Assembly (NCBI GenBank): GCA_015068705.1
Contig: SVJZ01000006.1
Span: 2,851 to 66,850, forward strand
Length of the DNA stretch: 64,000 nucleotides
Direction of reading: 5' to 3'
DNA from: Oscillospiraceae bacterium
GTDB lineage: Bacteria > Bacillota > Clostridia > UMGS1810
The position numbers and the translations under genes are program-made. Numbering within the stretch: position 1 is the first letter of the stretch; each line of letters opens with the position of its first letter. Positions 48,300-57,201 of the stretch are shown one piece after another. The notes under the pieces are model-generated. The model made no database searches, was not told the origin of the DNA, and worked only from the letters and a program-made list of their open reading frames with translations.

Positions 48300-48405
48300 A
48301 TACACAATGGTATGATGTGTATTTTTCGTTTGTGCAGGTGGAAGTGCCAAAAAAAATACTGCGATATGCGTGATAATGACAATATTTTTATAGGAGGAAA
48401 AGACA

Positions 48406-50124
48406 ATGAAGAAAAGCGTAGGTTTAATGGTAGGGTTGTTGGTGTTGACCATGGTAACGCAAGCATTTGCATTGGATTGTGCAATTAGCTACAATGCGGC
48501 AACAAACGAGGTCAACCTGGTTGGAACAGCAAAAGCCCCGGTTTCTGTGCTGATATTGCCGGAGGATGTTGATCCGTCAACCATCGACGAGGAAAATGCG
48601 GTGGCGGCAGCGCAGTATGAATGGCGCGGCGTAACCGAGTTTGATGAAACCATTTTGTTGGACAAAAACCTGCCCAGCGGTACATACAATGTAACACTCA
48701 AAAGTAACGAACAGTACATGTTAACAACAACGGAAGAAGTCAACGATATACCGGCTCGTATTTATGGTACTATTACCGATAATATCAAATCTGTTTCGGG
48801 TTCCTTGTACCACATCAATATTGATGACGGCGAAGAAATGGTTGCCGATCTCAACACGGTAAAAACAGATGCGGATGCACTGTATGACATGATTGCAACC
48901 GGAAAGACGGGTGATGACAGTACCCCTGCCGAGGATAGAGTTCCGTATACCGAATTGATTGGTGTTACCCCCGAAGGATTTGCACAGTTTGGTGCATATG
49001 TTTCGGAGCAGATGGTGGGCACAAAAGATGGAGAGGATTTTACAGATATACAAGAAGTAATTGATTTAATGAATGAGTACCGAGTGCTTTATATGGCAAT
49101 CAACTCATCCACCCCCTCGGCAGTGATTAGCCAGAATGCAGAGTTCTATACGGCAGATGTTGCCCGTTTTGTAACGGCATTGGATGAACTGTCTGTCGCA
49201 AAATTCGACCTGCTTCTCAAAAATTTCAAGGCGGATGGCAGAAGCCTGTCGGAGGAATTGCCCGAACTTTCCGCACTGGCAACCGTGCAGGGTGCAGACA
49301 GATGGCAGACCATCGAAACGGTGGTAACCGATAGTCATGAGGAAATTGTAAACATCGACTATGATGTAGACAACCGCGACAGAGTATTCCAGCAGATGAT
49401 GGATTATACCTACGAAACCTTCCTTGATATTGAAGATAATTTTGCAAAAGCAAATTCCGAGGTAAACAAAGTGGATTACAAACCGGTAGTTCGCCCCAAC
49501 AAAGGTAATGGCGGCGGAGGCGGTGGAGGAGGAATCGGTGCATTTGAGATTGCCCCCTCCCGTCCCGAACAGCGCTACGAAGAAGTTGATGCAAAATCCT
49601 TCTCGGATGTGCCGGCTGATTTCTGGGGCAAGGATGCCATCAGCCAACTGGCTGCAAAAAATGTCATCTCGGGCTATCCGGACGGCTCTTTCCGTCCCGA
49701 GGGCAATGTAACCCGTGCCGAGTTTGTAAAAATGCTTACCACGGCATTCGGGCTTGCAACTGCGGCAGAAATTCCCTTTGCCGATGTAACCACTTCGGAT
49801 TGGTATTATAACTACATTCGCGCAGCATATGCAAGTGGTATCATCACCGGCGGCACTGATGGCACATTCAATCCCAACGGCGAGATTACCCGTGAGGATG
49901 CATGTGTGATTGTATATCGATATCTGTCCGGTATCGGCGTGCTGGATGCAGCCAAGGCAAGCTTTGCTGATGAGGGAGAATTTGCTTCCTACGCAGTAGA
50001 CGCCATTGCAACTCTTGCAGGAAACGGCATTGTAAACGGAGTGGGGAACAACCGCTTTGACGGCAAGGCAAGCATCAACCGTGCAAGCTGTGCAGTGCTT
50101 ATCTTAAACTGCTTGAATAAGTAA
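48406..50124 (+). CDS. SLH-domain surface protein (paralog of 870-2543)
   Basis: AGGAGG SD. Signal peptide ends in TQAFA. Linker GNGGGGGGGGIG. C-terminal triple SLH (FWGKDAISQLAAKNVISGY, DWYYNYIRAAYASGIITGG, SYAVDAIATLAGNGIVNGV). Confidence 0.88.
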   Translation: MKKSVGLMVGLLVLTMVTQAFALDCAISYNAATNEVNLVGTAKAPVSVLILPEDVDPSTIDEENAVAAAQYEWRGVTEFDETILLDKNLPSGTYNVTLKSNEQYMLTTTEEVNDIPARIYGTITDNIKSVSGSLYHINIDDGEEMVADLNTVKTDADALYDMIATGKTGDDSTPAEDRVPYTELIGVTPEGFAQFGAYVSEQMVGTKDGEDFTDIQEVIDLMNEYRVLYMAINSSTPSAVISQNAEFYTADVARFVTALDELSVAKFDLLLKNFKADGRSLSEELPELSALATVQGADRWQTIETVVTDSHEEIVNIDYDVDNRDRVFQQMMDYTYETFLDIEDNFAKANSEVNKVDYKPVVRPNKGNGGGGGGGGIGAFEIAPSRPEQRYEEVDAKSFSDVPADFWGKDAISQLAAKNVISGYPDGSFRPEGNVTRAEFVKMLTTAFGLATAAEIPFADVTTSDWYYNYIRAAYASGIITGGTDGTFNPNGEITREDACVIVYRYLSGIGVLDAAKASFADEGEFASYAVDAIATLAGNGIVNGVGNNRFDGKASINRASCAVLILNCLNK

Positions 50125-50237
50125 TCATTGATTGTAGGACCTGGCGTCCCCGACAATTCGTATGGTTTTGCATATACAATATATAAAGGAAGAAACTCGA
50201 TTTTTTAACACATTTTAGCAAACGGAGGTAATAAAGT

Positions 50238-53200
50238 ATGGTAATGAAGAAACTGACAAGCATACTGGTTGCAGCACTGATGATCATCACTTGCATGGCA
50301 CCTGTTACAGGCTTTGCGGCAGAGAGCACCGTACTGTTTAGCGAAGGCTTCAACGCTTCGGCTACATACGGCAATGCTCCTTCTGTAATTGCAGTCGATG
50401 GCGGCAGCGGTAACGGCGTTATCGACCTGGGCGAGGAAAATAAGGCGTTTTCCATCGGCTTGGACCACACTGTGGCAAACATAAGCTTTGCCGCATCTCC
50501 TTCATCCGGTGTGGTTTGGTATGGTATGCGTTTTCGTGTCAATGGCACATTGGAAGGCGGCGCAATGTTTCAGCTGATTGATAGCGCCGGCGCAAAGACC
50601 AACCTGATTAACATCTCCAATAATGGTGCATCTCTTTATGACGGCAAATATTTCGGCAAGGTGCAGAAAAACATCTGGTCGGATATGCATGTAAAGATTG
50701 ACTACACAAACAAACTCTATTCGGTGTATGTAAATGGCGAATGTGTGCAGAAAGACTGGAAGATTACCGGCACCGTTCCCACTGCAGCACGTATCGGCTT
50801 TGAGTTTATCAATAACGCAAGTATCGGCTCGGTGGAAATTGACCACATTGTTGCCTACCGCGACAATAAAGTAATGACAAAATATCCCAAACAGGAGTTT
50901 AATCCCGAGGTTGCAGAGGTAGAAGAGGGTAGTGCCGAAAAGGTAAAACGTCTGTATGTGTTTGACGATTTTAACTACCTTGGCGGTCTTGACTGTACTT
51001 ATATAAGTACTGTGCCGGGTAAGGGTGTCATCGGCACACGTAGCCAGAAGGGTATGTCATATTACACCGAGGGTGACCGCATGTATCTGCACATGGAGGT
51101 GGATGCAGGCATTGCCAACGCACCTCACTTTGACGTTGTAATGAAGCGGTTTAATTCCACCCAGTATGTCATTGATATGATGCTTAATATCTTCCAGTTG
51201 GACAGCCGTATCTTCCAGATGGGTCTGCAAAAGGGCTACAATTCCGGCTCCAAATGGCTGATGGCCGCCGAAACAAATGGTGTTATCAGGTGTGGCGGCG
51301 ATGTATTTAATGAACTTACCTACAACCGTTGGACCCGTGTTTCCTTTGCGATAGACGCTACCAAGTCCACTTTTGACGTGTACATTGACGGCGTGCTGGT
51401 GCGCGAGGGCTGCACCATCACCGGAAATGCGCGCGATATCGACCGTATCTCGGTTGACTTCAGTGCAGGCTCGGGTGCTGCCTCTCTGGGTATTGACGCC
51501 CTTGCCATTTACGAGGGCACCGAGTTGATGCCCAGCCTGGAGCAAAAAGATTACACCGGTTATTTTGTAAATAGTTATGAATGGGACGACCAGGAAGTAA
51601 ACGCCTGGATTGGTAATAAGGCAATCTATTGTAATACCAACTCTGCCTTCTATAAGGAGGGCGTGAAGAAGGAGTATGATGGAGAAAACGAAAAATACGG
51701 TTATGTAACCATCGAAGGTACTCCGATGGGTATTGTAAAAACCATGGCAGAGGCATACGGCTTGACCGCTGACTATAATGAAGAAACTCAAATCGTTACT
51801 TTAAGTGACGGCACCACCATGAAGGTAGGGGACAACGTATTCATTAAGGATGGCAAAGAGATTTCTGCCGGCGGAAACATTGAGTTCAAAAACGGCGAGG
51901 TATTTGCACCGTTGCGGCCCTTCTTTGAAAAGATTCATGGTAAGACGACCACCTATGAAAGCACTTGGGAGTTGCTCTTTATCACCGAGGACGGCACTTC
52001 AGTGGATACCACCAATGCCGAAATGATGAAGATGATCATGCACCTGATGATTTTCCGCCGTATGAGCGGTGAAGAGGCACTTGCCACCATTCAGGAACGC
52101 TGGCCTAATCAACAGCATCCTCGTCTGTGTGCAACCGAAGAGGCGGTAGCACAGGTGCGTAAAAACATCGAAACCGACGAAAATGCAAAAAAACTGTACG
52201 AGTATTTGCGTGCGACATGTGACGGTGTGTTGAGCGCACAACCGAATCAGTGGAGAGACCTTGGCAATGGTCGATTAGACATGGTTCGAACCACCGAAGA
52301 TCGTTTGTCCAACCTGGGATATATGTATCACATTTCGGGTGATGAGCGCTATGCAGAGCGTGCAATGGTGGAGATAGACGATATTCTTACGCGACCATAT
52401 TTTGCCGATGCACATCCGCTCAACCGTGCGGCAATTATGGGCGGTCTGTCCCGTTGCTATGATTTGTTTTTCGATCATTTAGGGGAAGAACGCCGTGCAA
52501 AAATCCGCAAGATTGTGAAGGGCTTATGGGAGGATGTTCTCTTTGACGGCTCGGATGCTACTGCGATGCGCGCACACACCTGGATGCGTACCGGAGACAA
52601 CTTTGGTTCGGTACACAACGGAACCTATCTGGAATCTACACTGACCTTTATGGATCATCCCGAAATGCAGGAATATGGCACACTGCTCTTTGAACAGATG
52701 CTCCGCCATCACGAATATGCAACACAGGATTATGCGCCGGACGGCGCATGGCCAGAGGGTGTTGGATACTGGAAATATACCATGCTGGAATGGGCACCTG
52801 CTACCATGAGCTTGCGTAGTGTACTTGGCGACACCATGGGTCGTGAGGACCATCTGGGCCTTAGAAATGCAGGTTACTTCTTGGTAGACGTTACCGGTAT
52901 GGCGCATGCAAACCTGTTCCATGACTCTGGTACCGGAGCCAAGCAGTATTCCAGAAAAGACGTGGTAGAGCAGTCTCATGCTCACTTTGCACTTTCCACA
53001 CTGTATCAGGACCCCAACATCTTAAATGCTTGGATGGGCTTTATCGATAACTTCCTGTATAACAACGAAGGAACCTCACTAATGTGGTATAACCCCAATC
53101 TGCAGGGCGGCGATGATGGAGCTTTGGATCATCGCTACAGAGGTGAGCTGGACATGGTAGCGCTTCGTTCTTCCTGGGAAGACGAAAATGCAATGCTCCT

Positions 53201-54605
53201 TACCGCACATTCCGGTCAGAACTATATGAGTCACTCCCACATTGACGGTGGCACCTATGTAATGGACGCCATGGGATATAGCTGGGTAATTGACGTGGGT
53301 ACCGAGGATTATTCCAATCCATATAGCCCGGTAGAAGGTAATTTCTATGTAACCCGTCCCGAGGCACACAATGTGTACCTCATTAATCCTCGTGCAGGGT
53401 ATCAGGGACAGGATCTGTATGAAAAGAGTGCTACTACCATGTTTGAAACCAGTGACCGTGAGGGCTTTGCGGTTGTCAACATGCAGCCCTATTATAAAGA
53501 GGATGTTATCACTGCGCAGCGTGGATTTAAGATGGCAGATGACCGCCGGCACCTGATTGTTCGGGATGAGATGGTACTGAAGAACGCATCCGAGGTATAC
53601 AGTTTCATCCACACAAAGGCAAATATTGAGATTATCGATAATAATACCGCCATCTTTGAGCAGTTTGGCAAGAAGATGCTGGTAGAGGTATTTACCAACG
53701 GACGTGACCTGACAATCGAGGAGATGGAATGTGAAATCCTGCCGGTTTACAATAAACCCAAGCAGCCTAGAGCGCGTGATATGAGTGAATACCGCAAGCT
53801 GGGTATCAAACTCAATGCGAACGGTTCGCTGAATATCACTGTAAAATACACGCCGCTCTATGAGGATATCACCGAAACAGAGTATGAGGACGAAATGCTT
53901 GCTCTGTGGAAGTGCGCCGAGGGCGAGTTGCAGTTGCCCCGCCTGACCGACGTACTGGTAGACGGCGTTTCGGCAGAGCGCTTTAATCCGCTCAACAGCC
54001 AGGTAACCGTTACCCTGCCGGCAAAAACCACCAAAGTTCCGGTAATTACCGCAACCGCAGATGAAAAGTATAACGTAGAGGTAAGACAAAACGCTTCCGA
54101 TACACTCATGGACGATGTTATCATCAAGGTGAGCGAAAAGGCAAACCCCGACAACGCTTGGTATTACACCGTGCGGTTTGACCTGACTCAGTACGGCATT
54201 GAAAGTCTGGATGGATTAAAACTTGCCAATATCCAGAGCATCATCGAAGAGGATACCGGCGCGGTTATCATGGATCCCCTTACCGACCGCAATTTCGCTA
54301 CCGAGCGTTATGAGAGTTTGGGTGGTTTTGATTATCTGATTGACCTTGGTAGTGTACAGGAACTGGATTCCATCGTTACCGCGTGGGGCTATATAAAAGA
54401 CCAGAAGTACTACTTTGACGTGGCATACTCGGAGGATGGCGAGAATTGGGAGCTCAAGACTTGTCATATTTCAGCCGGTACCGAGGGCTATGAACGGCTC
54501 CATCTGGACGAGGGTGCACATGCTCGTTACATCCGCATTTCGCCCAATGGTCGTATTGGCGGAATGGTTTCGCGCCTCAACGAGGTTGCTATCGTAGTAA
54601 AATAA
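50238..54605 (+). CDS. secreted 1455-aa multidomain putative polysaccharide lyase (2 LamG-like + Cu-amine-oxidase-N-like + heparinase II/III-like core + cadherin-like + discoidin domain)
   Basis: Signal peptide ends in GFAAES. LamG signatures: WSDMHVKIDYTNKLYSVYVNGE and WTRVSFAIDATKSTFDVYIDGV. Stalk-like domain GLTADYNEETQIVTLSDGTTMKVGDNVFIKDGKE. Lyase N-toroid motifs QHPRLCATEE and YHISGDERYAERA. Beta-sandwich motif HSHIDGGTYVMDAMGYSWVIDVG. C-terminal motifs VLVDGVSAERFNP and HARYIRISPNG. Confidence 0.85.
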   Translation: MVMKKLTSILVAALMIITCMAPVTGFAAESTVLFSEGFNASATYGNAPSVIAVDGGSGNGVIDLGEENKAFSIGLDHTVANISFAASPSSGVVWYGMRFRVNGTLEGGAMFQLIDSAGAKTNLINISNNGASLYDGKYFGKVQKNIWSDMHVKIDYTNKLYSVYVNGECVQKDWKITGTVPTAARIGFEFINNASIGSVEIDHIVAYRDNKVMTKYPKQEFNPEVAEVEEGSAEKVKRLYVFDDFNYLGGLDCTYISTVPGKGVIGTRSQKGMSYYTEGDRMYLHMEVDAGIANAPHFDVVMKRFNSTQYVIDMMLNIFQLDSRIFQMGLQKGYNSGSKWLMAAETNGVIRCGGDVFNELTYNRWTRVSFAIDATKSTFDVYIDGVLVREGCTITGNARDIDRISVDFSAGSGAASLGIDALAIYEGTELMPSLEQKDYTGYFVNSYEWDDQEVNAWIGNKAIYCNTNSAFYKEGVKKEYDGENEKYGYVTIEGTPMGIVKTMAEAYGLTADYNEETQIVTLSDGTTMKVGDNVFIKDGKEISAGGNIEFKNGEVFAPLRPFFEKIHGKTTTYESTWELLFITEDGTSVDTTNAEMMKMIMHLMIFRRMSGEEALATIQERWPNQQHPRLCATEEAVAQVRKNIETDENAKKLYEYLRATCDGVLSAQPNQWRDLGNGRLDMVRTTEDRLSNLGYMYHISGDERYAERAMVEIDDILTRPYFADAHPLNRAAIMGGLSRCYDLFFDHLGEERRAKIRKIVKGLWEDVLFDGSDATAMRAHTWMRTGDNFGSVHNGTYLESTLTFMDHPEMQEYGTLLFEQMLRHHEYATQDYAPDGAWPEGVGYWKYTMLEWAPATMSLRSVLGDTMGREDHLGLRNAGYFLVDVTGMAHANLFHDSGTGAKQYSRKDVVEQSHAHFALSTLYQDPNILNAWMGFIDNFLYNNEGTSLMWYNPNLQGGDDGALDHRYRGELDMVALRSSWEDENAMLLTAHSGQNYMSHSHIDGGTYVMDAMGYSWVIDVGTEDYSNPYSPVEGNFYVTRPEAHNVYLINPRAGYQGQDLYEKSATTMFETSDREGFAVVNMQPYYKEDVITAQRGFKMADDRRHLIVRDEMVLKNASEVYSFIHTKANIEIIDNNTAIFEQFGKKMLVEVFTNGRDLTIEEMECEILPVYNKPKQPRARDMSEYRKLGIKLNANGSLNITVKYTPLYEDITETEYEDEMLALWKCAEGELQLPRLTDVLVDGVSAERFNPLNSQVTVTLPAKTTKVPVITATADEKYNVEVRQNASDTLMDDVIIKVSEKANPDNAWYYTVRFDLTQYGIESLDGLKLANIQSIIEEDTGAVIMDPLTDRNFATERYESLGGFDYLIDLGSVQELDSIVTAWGYIKDQKYYFDVAYSEDGENWELKTCHISAGTEGYERLHLDEGAHARYIRISPNGRIGGMVSRLNEVAIVVK

Positions 54606-54615
54606 CAAAGCCATA

Positions 54616-54644
54616 GGAGAGGACGGCAACGCTCGTCCCTCTCC
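54616..54644 (+). other. intercistronic stem-loop without a U-tract
   Basis: GGAGAGGACG / CGTCCCTCTCC, a 10-bp stem with a 1-nt bulge. It lies between the lyase gene and the 829-aa gene. Confidence 0.5.
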
Positions 54645-54683
54645 AAACGGCGTTATCATAATTTTAAGGAGGCGTGATATATC

Positions 54684-57173
54684 ATGAAGAAATTTGTTGC
54701 AATTTTGGTTGCGGCAATTATGCTGGTATCGCTTGTGCCGACTTCGTTTGCGGCACCGGCAACCGACTATTATGCGGATATGATTTGTACTTTTACCGGC
54801 AACAAGTTGTACAATAGTGTCGGGGCATACACCCAGTATGAGATGGTACAAAATGTCAATCGCACCGAGGATTTTTGTACCGGATTTATTGCGGCTGGCG
54901 ATTTGTCTGCGCGAAAAAATGCAGATGACACAATGATGGTAAACCAGGTTTATTCGGATACCAAAAGCAACTCCAACTGGTTTGGGGGAATTTTGAGAAG
55001 CGTACCGCTTACTTATTCAGCCGGCGAAAAGGCATACATGAGAGCACAGTGGTACATTCCAAGTACCAATACCTATGGTGATTCTCTTGTAAATTACAAT
55101 GACGAACTTGTTGTTCGCATGACCGCAGCGGTAGAGGGCATAACGGAAACGAACGTAATTGGTTTTGCTCGCACCGGAACCACCGGCGGAGAAATTCGTT
55201 TCCGTAATGACGCAGGATTGGTCGCCGACCAGACCTGGGCATACGACACATGGTATACCATAGAGGCGGTTGTCACTTTTGGTAATCCTGCAAAACTTTC
55301 GGTATATGTAGATGGCCAGCCCCTTACCTTTACTGACAAAGCGATTGCAAATTCGGTGGATGTTTCGTTAGGCGCAGCCGGGACAAAAATTACCGAGCAT
55401 CGCCCCATTTATATGATTACTAAATGGAAGATGAACCCCACACTGTCCAGACAGGTATTTAGTGACAACTGGGCTTATGAATCCTATGAGGCAGACGAGC
55501 CTGTATCCCTCTGGACTCCGCCGGTGTATAACCCCATTTCCTTTGATGGGTTTACCAACGGCAGCAAACTTGATATCGAAACCTTTACCCAAGCAACTGT
55601 GACGGTTGGAAGGGAAGAGTGCACCGAGGTGAGCCTCTATATTGATGGCGAGTCGCTGGGCACCTTGACCGAGGCGCCTTATACCTTTAACATTCCTTCG
55701 AGTATAGAGTTGGGTAATGCTACCATCAAAGCGATCGCAAAAACAGAAACCGAGACCTTTGAACGTAGTGTAAATATCATACTCACCGAGATTTATGCCA
55801 GAAAAGCCATGGACCAGAACATGGATGCTTACGGCACATTTACCGATGTGGCAAACGGTGGATGGTACAGCCCTAGTTCACGTTTCTCGCTTTCCGGACT
55901 TGTGCCGAACGGATGGTTTATGAACCCAGAAGTGGTGCAGGATAAGGCGAAAAAGAGCTTTGGCAAGGCAGTTAAATTTGGCTGCAATCCCGAATCGGGA
56001 GAAAAATATATTGCACAGAGCGATTATAGTTACGATTACATTGATTTTGGATATACAGGGTTCAATGCTACCGGAGGCAGTATTTCAGGATATACCGCAG
56101 ACCTGAATTTCCAGATGTACATGGATAATGGTATGCTTAATACAAACAAAACTGATGCGTTTACGCTGACTACGGGGCAGGAGTTGTTCCGTTGGGATCA
56201 CACCGAGCAGAAACTCAAGTGGAATGTTAAGGGTGATCCGGTTTATACGCCGGTAAAATATCAATATTGGCAAAACTATGCGGTGGAACTTGACATGTCT
56301 GGCACTACGACAAAAATGTCTCTTTCCATTGATGGCGAGAAGATTTTTGAAGACAGAGAACTGGCGTCTATCATTTCGAATTTCAATATCATCAAATGGC
56401 ATTATGCCCCCAATCCTGTAACAGGTAATTTTGTGGCAATAGACGAGGTTTTGCTCATGCACTATACGCCCCGTCCGGGCTTTGGCGAAGCAACCTTCTA
56501 TCGTGGTGAAACCGAGAATATCGATTTGGACAATATTTCTTCCTTGACTGATACCATTACCATCAACATGGGCAAGGATTTGATGCCCAACATGCTTAAT
56601 GAGTATGTTAAGTTTTACGAAAACGGCAAGGAGCTTACCTTTACCGATGACGATGGTGTAATCAATAAAACCTCCGTTTTGCTCTACAACGGTTTACTGT
56701 ATCTGGTGCCTCCCTGTCCGCTTTTAAGCGACACCGAATACTCGGTTTCTCTGGACAAAAATGCACTCTTTGCAGACGGTGTCAAGATTGGTTATGACCA
56801 GACCTTTACCTTTAAAACTGCAAAAGCAGATTTGGACGTGGTGGATGTTACCTATTACAAAAACGGCACTGCTGTTGAAGACCTCGACGCCGTAACCTTT
56901 GCGGCAGGGGATAAGATTAAGGCAGAGATTACCGTTTGCAACGCCAACATTTTGGACGAGGATGTATATGTGATGCTCCTCGGCTATAACGGCAAGCTCC
57001 TCACCGCATCCGATATCACGCTGGCAACTGCAGTTGCCGAGAAAGCGGACAATGTATTTGAAACCGCTGAAATTACAATTACCGACCCCGTTGCATTTTC
57101 TGCATCGGCAGCAGTATGGAATGGTGACTTCCTTCCGATTGCGAACGCAACCATCGCGTCGGGGAATCAATAA
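54684..57173 (+). CDS. secreted 829-aa LamG-like / Ig-like repeat protein; no recognisable catalytic domain
   Basis: Signal peptide ends in TSFAAP. LamG signatures: WYTIEAVVTFGNPAKLSVYVDGQP and WQNYAVELDMSGTTTKMSLSIDGEK. Ig-like module VSLYIDGESLGTLTEAPYTFNI. SbsA/Big_5-like module (TITINMG..YSVSLDKNALFADG..FTFKT). Confidence 0.8.
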   Translation: MKKFVAILVAAIMLVSLVPTSFAAPATDYYADMICTFTGNKLYNSVGAYTQYEMVQNVNRTEDFCTGFIAAGDLSARKNADDTMMVNQVYSDTKSNSNWFGGILRSVPLTYSAGEKAYMRAQWYIPSTNTYGDSLVNYNDELVVRMTAAVEGITETNVIGFARTGTTGGEIRFRNDAGLVADQTWAYDTWYTIEAVVTFGNPAKLSVYVDGQPLTFTDKAIANSVDVSLGAAGTKITEHRPIYMITKWKMNPTLSRQVFSDNWAYESYEADEPVSLWTPPVYNPISFDGFTNGSKLDIETFTQATVTVGREECTEVSLYIDGESLGTLTEAPYTFNIPSSIELGNATIKAIAKTETETFERSVNIILTEIYARKAMDQNMDAYGTFTDVANGGWYSPSSRFSLSGLVPNGWFMNPEVVQDKAKKSFGKAVKFGCNPESGEKYIAQSDYSYDYIDFGYTGFNATGGSISGYTADLNFQMYMDNGMLNTNKTDAFTLTTGQELFRWDHTEQKLKWNVKGDPVYTPVKYQYWQNYAVELDMSGTTTKMSLSIDGEKIFEDRELASIISNFNIIKWHYAPNPVTGNFVAIDEVLLMHYTPRPGFGEATFYRGETENIDLDNISSLTDTITINMGKDLMPNMLNEYVKFYENGKELTFTDDDGVINKTSVLLYNGLLYLVPPCPLLSDTEYSVSLDKNALFADGVKIGYDQTFTFKTAKADLDVVDVTYYKNGTAVEDLDAVTFAAGDKIKAEITVCNANILDEDVYVMLLGYNGKLLTASDITLATAVAEKADNVFETAEITITDPVAFSASAAVWNGDFLPIANATIASGNQ

Positions 57174-57201
57174 AAATTTTTAAGAAAAGGAGAGAAGAAA
57201 C

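Noticed and set aside
48300-48326. AT-rich hairpin ATACACA/TGTGTAT followed by TTTTT in the SLH-gene leader, considered as an attenuator
   Set aside because: The stem has only 7 bp with 2 G-C pairs, and its 5' arm overlaps the predicted transcription start region. It is too weak to call.
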